A stretch of DNA of 43,377 nucleotides from a virus (Duplodnaviria > Caudoviricetes): positions 1 to 43,377 of the IMG/VR virus record IMGVR_UViG_3300048856_000024; one strand, 5' to 3'. The notes under the pieces were generated by a model, which had not been told where the DNA came from, did not search any database, and saw only the letters and a program-made list of their open reading frames with translations. Below are positions 1 through 8,889 of the stretch, piece after piece. The translations under genes and the position numbers were made by a program. Each line of letters starts with the position of its first letter. Position 1 is the first letter of the stretch.

Positions 1-45
1 GTCTTTTTTTTACACCCGCGAAATTAAAAATTCAGGAGTTGCGCG

Positions 46-531
46 ATGGGAGGCACCGCCACGGTCGCCGGCCGTGGTCGCAAACCCAAGCCGACGGCCA
101 AGAAAGAACTCGCCGGCAACCCGGGCAAGCGTGCCCTCAACAAGGCCGAGCCTCAGTTTTCCAAGATCACCCAGATCGATCCGCCCGAGTGGCTGAGCGA
201 TCGCGCGGCGACGATGTGGAACATGGTCGTGCCCGAGCTGCTGCGTGAGAACGTGGTAGCGATTACCGACCTGCACAACGTCGAAGCGTTCTGTGTTGCC
301 TATGACAACTGGCGCATGGCCCAGGAGTCGGTGCAGGCCCACGGTATTGTGGTCACCGGAGCCACCGGCGGCCCGATGAAGAATCCTGCACTGACCGCTG
401 CCAACGAAACCATGCGGCAGATGGTGACCTTCGGGTCGATGCTTGGCCTCGACCCGGCCAGCCGGACACGTTTGATCGGCGGCAACAAGGAGAAAGAAAC
501 CAACGAATTTGCCAACCTGCTGAGATCCTGA
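46..531 (+). CDS. terS: Terminase small subunit (P27 family)
   Basis: AGGAG RBS; GRKPKPT...GNPGKR N-terminus and NPA...LGLDPASR C-terminus; first gene after cos, directly upstream of terL. Confidence 0.93.
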   Translation: MGGTATVAGRGRKPKPTAKKELAGNPGKRALNKAEPQFSKITQIDPPEWLSDRAATMWNMVVPELLRENVVAITDLHNVEAFCVAYDNWRMAQESVQAHGIVVTGATGGPMKNPALTAANETMRQMVTFGSMLGLDPASRTRLIGGNKEKETNEFANLLRS

Positions 532-2255
532 TGACCAAAGCCCTGCACCCCAACGTCGACAAGGCGATGGCGTGGGGAAGGTCCGTGCTCCGCGGGAAAG
601 TCCCAGCCTGCCGTTACATCCACCAGGCTGTGCAGCGTCACTTCGATGACTTGGCAGCCAGCCGCAAGCGCGGGTACCGGTACAAGTTCGACCCGGCCAA
701 GGCCGAGAAGAAATTGAAGCTGATCCAGCTATTGCCCCACACCAAAGGTGAATGGGCGTTCAAGCGACAGCTCATCACGCTGGAGCCGTGGCAGCTGTTC
801 GGCATGGCCGTCACCTTCGGCTGGGTCAAGAAGAAGGGCGGACACCGCCGCTTCCGCGAAAGCTACTGGGAGGTACCACGCAAGAACGGCAAATCGGTCA
901 TCGCGGCCGGTGTGGGCATCAGCATGTTCGTGGCCGATGGTGAGTTCGGCGCCGAGGTCTACGCCGGTGCGACAACCGAGAAGCAGGCATGGGAGGTGTT
1001 CCGCCCGGCCAAGCTGATGGTGAGCAAGTCGCCAATGCTGATCCAAGCCGCGGGCATCGAGGTCAACGCCTCGAACATGAACATCCCGTCCGACTTCAGC
1101 CGCTTCGAGCCGCTGATTGGCGACCCAGGCGACGGCGCTTCGCCCAGCTGCGCGATAGTCGACGAATACCACGAGCACCGCACCTCGGCGCAATACGACA
1201 CCATGCTGACCGGCATGGGCGCCAGGCGACAGCCGTTGATGTTCATCATCACCACCTCCGGCGCCGATATCGAAGGCCCCTGCTACGACAAGCGCCGCCA
1301 GGTAATCGAGATGCTTGAAGGCACGGTGCCCGATGACGAGCTGTTCGGCTGGATCTGGACTCTGGACGAAGGGGACGACTGGACCGATCCCAGGATGCTG
1401 GCCAAGGCCAACCCGAACCATGGCGTGTCGGTGTTCCAGGAGTATCTGGAGAGCCAGCAGGCTAGGGCGATCCGCTCCGCTCGGTTCACCAACACCTTTA
1501 AGACCAAGCACCTCAACCTATGGGTCAGCGCCAAGTCCGGCTTCTTCAACATGGAAGACTGGAAAGCCTGCGAAGACACTACCCTGACCCTGGAGCAGTT
1601 CGAGGGGCAGGAGTGGATCGCTGGCTTCGACTTGGCTCGCAAGCTGGACATGAACTCGCGGGCACGACTGTTCTGGCGTGTGATCGATGGCAAGACCCAC
1701 TACTACAGCGTCGGCCCCAAGTTCTGGGTGCCGTATGACACGGCCTACAACACGGACAACAAGCGCATGTCCGAGCGCTTCCAGGCCTGGGTCAATTCCA
1801 AGCACCTGGAGGTTACCGACGGCGCCGAGATCGATTACCGCGAAATCCTTGAGGACACCAAGGAGGCCAATCACCACGCGCCGCTGCGCGAATCGCCGAT
1901 TGACCCCCACGGCGCGACAGGCCTGAGCCATGACCTGGACGACGAGGGCTTCAACCCGATCACCATTACGCAGAACTACACCAACATGTCCGACGCCATG
2001 AAAGAGCTTGAGGCGGCCATTACTGCCGGGCGGTTCCACCATGACGGCAATCCGATAATGACCTGGTGTATTGGCAACGTGATCGGCAAGAACCTGCCGG
2101 GCAACAACGACGTCGTTCGCCCCATCAAGCAGGGCGACGACAACAAGATCGACGGCGCGGTGGCGCTGATCATGGCCGTAGGTCGGGTGCTGGCAAATGC
2201 CGGCGAACCTGACACCAGCGGCTTCTACGAAAACCCAATCATGGTAGGCATTTAA
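531..2255 (+). CDS. terL: Terminase large subunit
   Basis: LEPWQ adenine-binding motif, Walker A VPRKNGKS, Walker B AIVDEYH, C-terminal nuclease KIDGAVAL. Confidence 0.97.
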   Translation: MTKALHPNVDKAMAWGRSVLRGKVPACRYIHQAVQRHFDDLAASRKRGYRYKFDPAKAEKKLKLIQLLPHTKGEWAFKRQLITLEPWQLFGMAVTFGWVKKKGGHRRFRESYWEVPRKNGKSVIAAGVGISMFVADGEFGAEVYAGATTEKQAWEVFRPAKLMVSKSPMLIQAAGIEVNASNMNIPSDFSRFEPLIGDPGDGASPSCAIVDEYHEHRTSAQYDTMLTGMGARRQPLMFIITTSGADIEGPCYDKRRQVIEMLEGTVPDDELFGWIWTLDEGDDWTDPRMLAKANPNHGVSVFQEYLESQQARAIRSARFTNTFKTKHLNLWVSAKSGFFNMEDWKACEDTTLTLEQFEGQEWIAGFDLARKLDMNSRARLFWRVIDGKTHYYSVGPKFWVPYDTAYNTDNKRMSERFQAWVNSKHLEVTDGAEIDYREILEDTKEANHHAPLRESPIDPHGATGLSHDLDDEGFNPITITQNYTNMSDAMKELEAAITAGRFHHDGNPIMTWCIGNVIGKNLPGNNDVVRPIKQGDDNKIDGAVALIMAVGRVLANAGEPDTSGFYENPIMVGI

Positions 2256-3553
2256 TGGCACGCGATAAAAAGCCTGGGCGGGTCAGGTCTGCTCTCCAGA
2301 ATTGGCTGGGCGTGTCGGTCGGTCTCAATGACAAAGCGTTCTGGCAAGAATGGTTCGGGACCTCGGCCAGCGGGCAAGTGGTGACGGTAGACAAGGCGTT
2401 ACAGCTTTCAGCCGTGTGGTCCTGCGTTCGCTTGCTGTCAGAGACGGTCTCAACGCTGCCGCTGAGGCTGTACGAGCGTGGCGCTGATGGTGGTCGCGTA
2501 GCGGCAACCAATCATCCGCTGTACGACATCCTCACCAAACGCCCGAACGCAGAGATGACGCCCGGGCGGTTCATGCTGATGGTCGTGGCCAGCATCTGCC
2601 TACGAGGTAACGCCTTCGTTGAGAAGAAGCGAATCGGTAGCAGGGTAGTGGCGCTGAACCCGTTGCTTCCCCAGCTGATGACGGTCAAGCGTTTGGACAG
2701 CGGCCGCCTGGAATACAAATACACGCTGGACGGGAAGCCAAGGGTTATTGCCGAGGATGATCTGATGCACATCCGCGGCTTCGGTCTGGACGGGGTTTGC
2801 GGGATGCTCCCGGTGTCTACTGGCAAAGAGATCATGGGCGCCGCTATTTCCGCTGAGGAAGCCGCCGCCAAGGTGTTTGCCCAGGGCATGCAGGCCTCCG
2901 GGATATTGAGTAGCGACACCGCTCTCAAGCCGGACCAACGTGAGCAACTTCGGGCGAGCCTGCAGGCATTCATGGGCTCCAAGAACGCCGGCAAGATCAT
3001 GGTCGCCGAGGCTGGACTTAAGTACCAGGGCATCACGATGAACCCCGAGGCCGCGCAGATGCTTGAGTCCCGCGCCTACGGTATCGAAGAGGTCTGCCGC
3101 TGGTTCCGAGTCCCGCCGTTTATGGTCGGCCACATGGACAAGCAGAGCAGCTGGGCGTCAAGCGTAGAAGGCCAGAACCTACAGTTCTTGACCAATTGCT
3201 TGCGTCCGCTCCTGGAGAACATCGAGCAGGAAATCGGACGTTGCCTACTCGATCGCGACGACCGCTATTTCGCGGAGTTCGCGGTAGAAGGCCTGCTACG
3301 AGCCGACAGCCAGGGGCGCGCGAGCTACTACAACATCTGCCTGCAGAACGGATGGATGAGTCGTAACGAGGTCCGGCGCCTGGAGAACCTGCCACCTATT
3401 CCAGGTGGCGATGTGTACACCGTGCAATCGAACCTGCTGCCGATCGAGCAGCTGGGCCAGGGAGTAGATAGTGGCGAGCGAGTCAGGGCCGCTTTATCCG
3501 ACTGGCTCACCCCAACTGAAAAAGGCCGATCCCCCGGCAGCTCTGGAGACTGA
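2255..3553 (+). CDS. Portal protein, HK97 family
   Basis: SAVWSCVRLLSETVSTLPL, LRGNAF, HIRGFGLDG, WMSRNEVRRLENLPP motifs; synteny. Confidence 0.96.
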   Translation: MARDKKPGRVRSALQNWLGVSVGLNDKAFWQEWFGTSASGQVVTVDKALQLSAVWSCVRLLSETVSTLPLRLYERGADGGRVAATNHPLYDILTKRPNAEMTPGRFMLMVVASICLRGNAFVEKKRIGSRVVALNPLLPQLMTVKRLDSGRLEYKYTLDGKPRVIAEDDLMHIRGFGLDGVCGMLPVSTGKEIMGAAISAEEAAAKVFAQGMQASGILSSDTALKPDQREQLRASLQAFMGSKNAGKIMVAEAGLKYQGITMNPEAAQMLESRAYGIEEVCRWFRVPPFMVGHMDKQSSWASSVEGQNLQFLTNCLRPLLENIEQEIGRCLLDRDDRYFAEFAVEGLLRADSQGRASYYNICLQNGWMSRNEVRRLENLPPIPGGDVYTVQSNLLPIEQLGQGVDSGERVRAALSDWLTPTEKGRSPGSSGD

Positions 3554-3556
3554 CCC

Positions 3557-4429
3557 ATGACAATTCGTAGCCTTCCGGCGGCGCCGGCGGGTCGCCCCTG
3601 CGCGGGTGTTTCCTTCGACCTGATGCCTCAAGCAATGGAGCGCTGGAACTCGGCAATCCAGGCCGCGGACGGAGATGCCAAAAACACCATCTCAATGCTG
3701 GACGCCATCGGCTTCGATCCGTGGTCTGGCGAGGGCGTTACCGCCAAACGAATCTCTGCCGCGCTTCGCAGCATGGACGGCGCTGACGTCACGGTGAATA
3801 TGAACTCCCCAGGCGGCGATATGTTCGAGGGGCTCGCGATCTACAACATCCTTCGCGAGTACAAGGGCCACGTCACTGTGAAGGTGCTTGGCCTTGCCGC
3901 CTCGGCAGCATCGATCATTGCGATGGCCGCCGATGATCTCCAAGTCGCTCGCTCGGGGTTCTTGATGATCCACAACGGCTGGACCATCGCGGCGGGCAAT
4001 CGCCATCAGTTCCGAGAAGTCGCAGACATGATGGAGCCGTTTGATGCGGCGATGGGCGATATCTATGCCGCCCGGACGGGGGGCGACCTCAAGGCCATGC
4101 AGGCCCTGATGGACGCTGAGACATGGATTGGCGGTTCCGCTGCCGTGGAGCAGGGCTTCGCCGATTCTCTGCTCGACTCCGACTCGATCAAGGAAAGCGG
4201 AAAAGCCCAGGCAGGGCTGATTGCTGCCAGAAAACTAGATTTGATCCTCGCCAAGCAGGGCATGCCCCGAAGCGAACGTCGCTCCCTGATTCAAGAAATC
4301 AAGTCCAGTACGCCTTGCGCTACTGGACCCGGTACGCAAGACGCTGCCGACACGCTGGCCACTCTGGCCGAACCCATCGCCGATCTGGAACGAGCCCTCG
4401 CTCGCTTCTCGGCAGCCGCTACCCAATAA
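3557..4429 (+). CDS. Head maturation protease, ClpP/S14-like
   Basis: NSPGGD, GLAASAASII (catalytic Ser), MIHN, ETW...A...GFAD motifs. Confidence 0.93.
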   Translation: MTIRSLPAAPAGRPCAGVSFDLMPQAMERWNSAIQAADGDAKNTISMLDAIGFDPWSGEGVTAKRISAALRSMDGADVTVNMNSPGGDMFEGLAIYNILREYKGHVTVKVLGLAASAASIIAMAADDLQVARSGFLMIHNGWTIAAGNRHQFREVADMMEPFDAAMGDIYAARTGGDLKAMQALMDAETWIGGSAAVEQGFADSLLDSDSIKESGKAQAGLIAARKLDLILAKQGMPRSERRSLIQEIKSSTPCATGPGTQDAADTLATLAEPIADLERALARFSAAATQ

Positions 4430-4441
4430 AGGAATCACACC

Positions 4442-5650
4442 ATGTCTGAACAAGCCCAGTTGCTTGCCAAAATGAGCGCCGAGCTGGAAAAGGCCTCCAG
4501 CGATTTCAGCGCCAAGGCCGAATCTGCCCTCGGCGAAGCCAAAAAGGCGGGCGCTCTGTCGGCGGAGACCAAGGCTGCCGTCGATGAAATGGCCCTGAAG
4601 TTCAACACTCTGACAGAAGCCGAGAAGCAGCTGAAAGCCCAGCTCGGTGAGCTGGAACAGGAATTCGCACGCATCCCAACCCAGGCTGCCGCGAGCCTTC
4701 GCGAAACGCTCGGCGGCACTGTTATCAAGAGCGAGGCGCTGGCCGAGTTTGCTAAAAGCATCCAGGGCAACCGCCGGGTCAGCGTCCCAGTCAACGCAGC
4801 GCTGCTGAGCACCGGTGTTGCGGAGGGCGTGGTTGAGCCGCAACGTCTGCCCGGCATTGATGTTATGCCCAAGCAGCGCCTGTTCATCCGTGACCTGATT
4901 GCACCGGGCCGTACCACGTCCCCGGCAATCTTCTGGGTGCAGCAGACAGGCTTCACTAACGCTGCGCGCGTGGTTGCTGAGAACACTGCGAAGCCGTACA
5001 GCGACATCCAGTTCGATACCAAGATCACGCCGGTGACCACCATCGCGCACATGTTCAAGGCATCGAAACAGATCCTCGATGACTTTGCGCAGTTGCAGTC
5101 GACCATCGACGCTGAAATGCGTTACGGGCTGAAGTACGCCGAGGAATCGGAAATCCTGTTCGGCGACGGCACTGGTGTCCACCTGCACGGTATCGTTCCT
5201 CAGGCGACTGCCTATGATCCGGCCTTCATGCCTGAAGCGATGACCCAGATCGATCAGCTTCGCCTGGCCATGCTGCAGTCCCAGCTGGCACGTCTGCCGG
5301 CCAGCGGTCACGTCCTGCACTTCACCGACTGGGCGAAAATCGAGCTGACCAAAGACACCCTGGGTCGCTACATCATCGGCAACCCGCTGAGCTTGGCAGG
5401 CCCAACCCTGTGGGGTCTGCCGGTTGTTGCAACCGAGCTGGCGGCGTTCCTGGGCAAGTTCCTGACCGGTGCGTTCCAGACCGGCGCGCAGATCTTCGAC
5501 CGTGAAGATGCGAACGTGGTGATCTCGACCGAGAACGCCGACGACTTCGAGAAGAACATGATCTCGATCCGTTGCGAAGAGCGCCTGGCGCTTGCCGTCA
5601 AGCGTCCTGAATCGTTCATCTACGGCACCTTCGCCACCCCAGCTCCTTGA
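4442..5650 (+). CDS. Major capsid protein, HK97 fold
   Basis: N-terminal coiled-coil delta domain, ILFGDGTG, TLWGLPVV, RCEERLALAVKRP. Confidence 0.96.
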   Translation: MSEQAQLLAKMSAELEKASSDFSAKAESALGEAKKAGALSAETKAAVDEMALKFNTLTEAEKQLKAQLGELEQEFARIPTQAAASLRETLGGTVIKSEALAEFAKSIQGNRRVSVPVNAALLSTGVAEGVVEPQRLPGIDVMPKQRLFIRDLIAPGRTTSPAIFWVQQTGFTNAARVVAENTAKPYSDIQFDTKITPVTTIAHMFKASKQILDDFAQLQSTIDAEMRYGLKYAEESEILFGDGTGVHLHGIVPQATAYDPAFMPEAMTQIDQLRLAMLQSQLARLPASGHVLHFTDWAKIELTKDTLGRYIIGNPLSLAGPTLWGLPVVATELAAFLGKFLTGAFQTGAQIFDREDANVVISTENADDFEKNMISIRCEERLALAVKRPESFIYGTFATPAP

Positions 5651-5657
5651 CCTGAAC

Positions 5658-5678
5658 GGGCCGCTCGAGCGGCGGCCC
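5658..5678 (+). other. GC-rich hairpin after capsid gene (mRNA stabiliser or weak terminator)
   Basis: GGGCCGC-TCGAGCG-GCGGCCC inverted repeat, no U tract. Confidence 0.4.
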
Positions 5679-5691
5679 ATTGGAGGCAGCC

Positions 5692-5937
5692 ATGAAACTG
5701 AAGACATTGAAACCGCTTTACCTCGGCGGGAAAACTCTGGTCGAGGGGTCGTCGTTTGTAACCGGCGAGCAGCATGGCCGAGAGCTGCTGCAGAAAGGCT
5801 ACGCCGAGAAAGACACAGGCTCGGGCGAAGCGCTGGTCGACCTGACCGATGAACACACGGCCTCGACGGCTACCACCTCGGATTCGGTTACCACCGACGC
5901 CAAGCCCAAACCGACCAGCAGAAAGAAGGCTGACTGA
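5692..5937 (+). CDS. Small head-associated protein
   Basis: GGAGG RBS before ATG 5692; position after capsid; K/T-rich tail. Confidence 0.7.
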   Translation: MKLKTLKPLYLGGKTLVEGSSFVTGEQHGRELLQKGYAEKDTGSGEALVDLTDEHTASTATTSDSVTTDAKPKPTSRKKAD

Positions 5938-5939
5938 GC

Positions 5940-6416
5940 ATGAGCGTGATCGACATTGAACTGGCCATGGCGCATCTGCTGGCGGAGTCCGAGGACCAAG
6001 TGCTGGTCCAGGCCCAGCTGGATGCCGCTGAAGAGGCTGCCATGCAGTTCCTGCAGCGCCGGTTCTTTGCCGATCAGGCGACCGCTGATGCTGCCAAGGC
6101 CGGGACGTTGGCGCGTACCCGTGCTGCGCGAGATTCCTATGTAGCGGCCAAGGCTGTGGCGGACCTCCCCGAGAACATCGATATCCGCTGCCGGCTGCGT
6201 GACCAGGCGCGGCAGGTGCTGGCCGATGTGTACGAGGACATCGATATGGACCAGTACGCCATTGTCATGAACGCTGCCATCCAAGCCGCCTGCCTCATCA
6301 AACTGGGGCACCTATTCGCGAACCGCGAGGAGGTGGTCACAGGCACCATCGCCACGGAGCTGCCGCTGGCGTCGAAGTCCCTGCTGATGCCTTACCGCGT
6401 TCGGATGGGTGTCTGA
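5940..6416 (+). CDS. Head-tail connector (HK97 gp6/SPP1 gp15-like)
   Basis: AAEEAAMQFLQR...GHLFANREEV...LLMPYR. Confidence 0.9.
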   Translation: MSVIDIELAMAHLLAESEDQVLVQAQLDAAEEAAMQFLQRRFFADQATADAAKAGTLARTRAARDSYVAAKAVADLPENIDIRCRLRDQARQVLADVYEDIDMDQYAIVMNAAIQAACLIKLGHLFANREEVVTGTIATELPLASKSLLMPYRVRMGV

Positions 6417-6754
6417 TGCGCGCAGGGAGATTGCGACACCGCATCACGTTTCAGGCGCTGGGCCGTGAGCAGGACCCAGAAACAGGCGAAGAGCTGGAAG
6501 GCTGGACAACGGTTTGGGAGAGAGTGCCGGCCTCGGTCGAGCCGCTTAGCGCTCGCGATCTGATCGCCGCGCAGGCGGGCCAGTCCGAAGCCACCGGCCG
6601 AATCGTGATTCGCTACCGGCCAGGCGTGCTGCCCACCATGCGCATCCTGTATCGCGGCGAGGTATACAGCATGCAGGGTCCGCCATTGCCGGACCCAGTG
6701 TCCGGACTCGAATACCTCACCATCCTGGTGGCGAAGGGAGTGAACGATGGTTAA
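6416..6754 (+). CDS. Head closure protein (SPP1 gp16-like)
   Basis: MRAGRLRHRITFQ, RIVIRYRPGV..MRI. Confidence 0.92.
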   Translation: MRAGRLRHRITFQALGREQDPETGEELEGWTTVWERVPASVEPLSARDLIAAQAGQSEATGRIVIRYRPGVLPTMRILYRGEVYSMQGPPLPDPVSGLEYLTILVAKGVNDG

Positions 6755-7232
6755 CGACGTATCGTCCAGCCTGACCGGCATCGACTCACTGATAGGGAAG
6801 CTTGAGGCTGTCACGTATGACATGAAGCGCAAGGGCGGCAGGTCTGCCCTGCGCAAGGCCGCTCAACTGGTCGCTAATAAAGCGGTGGAGGGCGCGCAAC
6901 GGATCGACGATCCGGAGACAGGCCGGTCCATCGCCCAGAACATTGCGCTGCGCTGGAACGGCCGGCTGTTCAAGGCCAGCGGCGACCTCGGGTTTCGGGT
7001 GGGCGTGCTGCACGGCGCCGTGCTGAAGAACGGCGGCGACAAGTCGGCGAACTCTCCGACACCTCACTGGCGCCTGCTGGAGTTCGGCACCGAGAAGATG
7101 CGGGCACAACCGTTTCTGCGCAAGGCGCTGGCTGAAAACATAAGCGACGCGACCAACACCTTTCTCAGCGAGTACGAGAAGGCTCTTGACCGAGCTATCA
7201 AGCGTGCCGCGAGAGCCGGAGGAAACAGCTGA
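6747..7232 (+). CDS. HK97 gp10-like neck/tail completion protein
   Basis: WRLLEFGTEKMRAQPFLRKA motif. Confidence 0.9.
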   Translation: MVNDVSSSLTGIDSLIGKLEAVTYDMKRKGGRSALRKAAQLVANKAVEGAQRIDDPETGRSIAQNIALRWNGRLFKASGDLGFRVGVLHGAVLKNGGDKSANSPTPHWRLLEFGTEKMRAQPFLRKALAENISDATNTFLSEYEKALDRAIKRAARAGGNS

Positions 7233-7597
7233 TGCCAGCACCGATATTCGCCGTATGCGCTGCAGATGCGCAGGTAACCGCACTGCTCGGCGTTTCTCCG
7301 ACCCGACTCTATCCGTTCGGCGAAGCGCCGGAAGGGGTGGAGAAACCCTACGCCGTCTGGCAGGTGATAACCGGCAGTCCGGAAAACTATCTCGCAGGGC
7401 GGCCCGATCTGGACGGCTTCACGCTGCAGGTCGACGTGTACGCCACCACTGCAAGTTTGGCCCGTGCGGTAACCGCCGCCATCAGCCAGGCGATTGAGCT
7501 AAAGGCATACGTCACCCGCTGGGGCGGCGAGACCAAGGACACCGAAACAAAACTGTACCGGTCGAGCTTCGATATCGCCTGGCTTGTACCCAGATAG
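7232..7597 (+). CDS. Tail terminator (DUF3168-like)
   Basis: RLYP..AP....PYAVWQ, LQVDVYA; synteny. Confidence 0.85.
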   Translation: MPAPIFAVCAADAQVTALLGVSPTRLYPFGEAPEGVEKPYAVWQVITGSPENYLAGRPDLDGFTLQVDVYATTASLARAVTAAISQAIELKAYVTRWGGETKDTETKLYRSSFDIAWLVPR

Positions 7598-7613
7598 CCA
7601 ACCCCTGAACCCG

Positions 7614-7637
7614 GCCCGCCTTGTGCGGGTTTTTTTA
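7614..7637 (+). terminator. Intrinsic terminator before tail tube gene
   Basis: CCCGC-CTTGT-GCGGG followed by a T run. Confidence 0.75.
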
Positions 7638-7659
7638 TGCCCGACATTTGGAGAACGCC

Positions 7660-8157
7660 ATGTCGATCCTTTCCCAAGGAACCCAAATCTACGCTCTGGT
7701 GCCGCCGCTTACTGGCACCGGCCCCAAGACCGTACTTGCCATCGAATGCGCAACAGCATTCAGCCCCGGCGGCGCACCGGCTGACCAGATCGAGGACACC
7801 TGCCTGGAAGACCAGGAACGCAGCTACAAGAAAGGGTTGCGCACACCGGGCCAGGCCTCGCTGACCGTCAACGCAGACCCGAGCAACGCGAGCCACATCC
7901 GCCTGCATCAGCTTTCCGAAGCCAATGGCGACACCACCATTGATTGGGCGGTGGGTTGGTCTGACGGCACGTCTGCCCCGACTCTGAACACCGAAGGCGA
8001 TGGTTTCGAGCTTCCAGAGGACCGCACCTGGTTCACGTTCCGCGGCTACGTGTCCGACTTCCCGTTCGACTTCGCGGCCAACGCCGTCGTCAGCACGGCG
8101 GCAACCATCCAGCGTTCGGGCGGCTCCGCCTGGATTCGCAAGGTCACCACACCATAA
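7660..8157 (+). CDS. Major tail tube protein
   Basis: GGAG RBS before ATG 7660; [25 protein letters not shown]. Confidence 0.9.
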   Translation: MSILSQGTQIYALVPPLTGTGPKTVLAIECATAFSPGGAPADQIEDTCLEDQERSYKKGLRTPGQASLTVNADPSNASHIRLHQLSEANGDTTIDWAVGWSDGTSAPTLNTEGDGFELPEDRTWFTFRGYVSDFPFDFAANAVVSTAATIQRSGGSAWIRKVTTP

Positions 8158-8166
8158 GGTCAGATC

Positions 8167-8526
8167 ATGCAACTGAGCATAAACAGCCTGAAAGAAATGG
8201 GCGCCTTCACTGGCGCGCCGGTCGAGAAGGAAATCAGCTGGAAGCAGGGCGACAAGGAGTTGAAGGCCACCGTATACGTCCGTCCGCTTGGCTATCTGTC
8301 AGCGGTCAGTGATGTGCTGGCCGCTGGCGGCAAGCGCGACGGTGTTGCTGGCCGAATCGCCTCATGCATCTGCGATGACAAGGGCGCACCGGTCTTCACT
8401 GTCGGAGATATCACGGGCGAGGCCGACCCCGAGCGTGGCGCGCTCGACGGGAATCTGACCATGGCGCTGATGACCGTCATTGCTGAAGTCACCAATCTGG
8501 GAAAGACGACGAGCTCAGCGAACTAG
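8167..8526 (+). CDS. Tail assembly chaperone (gpG analogue)
   Basis: Between tube and tape measure genes; ends with a GGGAAAG slippery site. Confidence 0.88.
   Translation: MQLSINSLKEMGAFTGAPVEKEISWKQGDKELKATVYVRPLGYLSAVSDVLAAGGKRDGVAGRIASCICDDKGAPVFTVGDITGEADPERGALDGNLTMALMTVIAEVTNLGKTTSSAN
8499..8505 (+). other. Programmed -1 frameshift site G GGA AAG
   Basis: Same heptamer as lambda G-T; the -1 frame is open (GKDDELSELDEIWHELAMTFG...) into ORF 8550..8813. Confidence 0.85.
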
Positions 8527-8813
8527 ACGAGATCTGGCACGAGCTGGCCATGACGTTTGGCTGCAGTATCGCTGAAGCCATGGCCAGGCTGAGCTATCCG
8601 GAATTCCGCCAGTGGTGCAAATACCGGCGCAAGCGGGGCAGCCTCAATGTGGGAATGCGGGTCGAGCGTGGCGCTGCTCTTATTGCCTCCGTTCTCGTGA
8701 ACGCCAATCGGGACATAAAGAAAAAACCCGATCCGTACACAGTGGAAGATTTTATGCCCTACGCGGACGTGCGCGAGTTGAGCCTGGAGCAGGCTATGGA
8801 ATCTTGGGCCTGA
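8499..8813 (+). CDS. Frameshift extension of tail chaperone (gpT analogue)
   Basis: Open -1 frame from the slippery site; SIAEA..RLSY.EF..W..Y and DFMPY motifs. Confidence 0.8.
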   Translation, partial: GKDDELSELDEIWHELAMTFGCSIAEAMARLSYPEFRQWCKYRRKRGSLNVGMRVERGAALIASVLVNANRDIKKKPDPYTVEDFMPYADVRELSLEQAMESWA

Positions 8814-8851
8814 ATGTTTTAAGGCGGCTGAAGAGACGGCACAAAAAATAG

Positions 8852-8872
8852 ACCTGCTATGGCAGGTTTTTT
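8852..8872 (+). terminator. Terminator before tape measure gene, possibly bidirectional
   Basis: ACCTGC-TATG-GCAGGT then TTTTT; A6 run upstream. Confidence 0.65.
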
Positions 8873-8889
8873 AATGGGTGGGGAAAACA

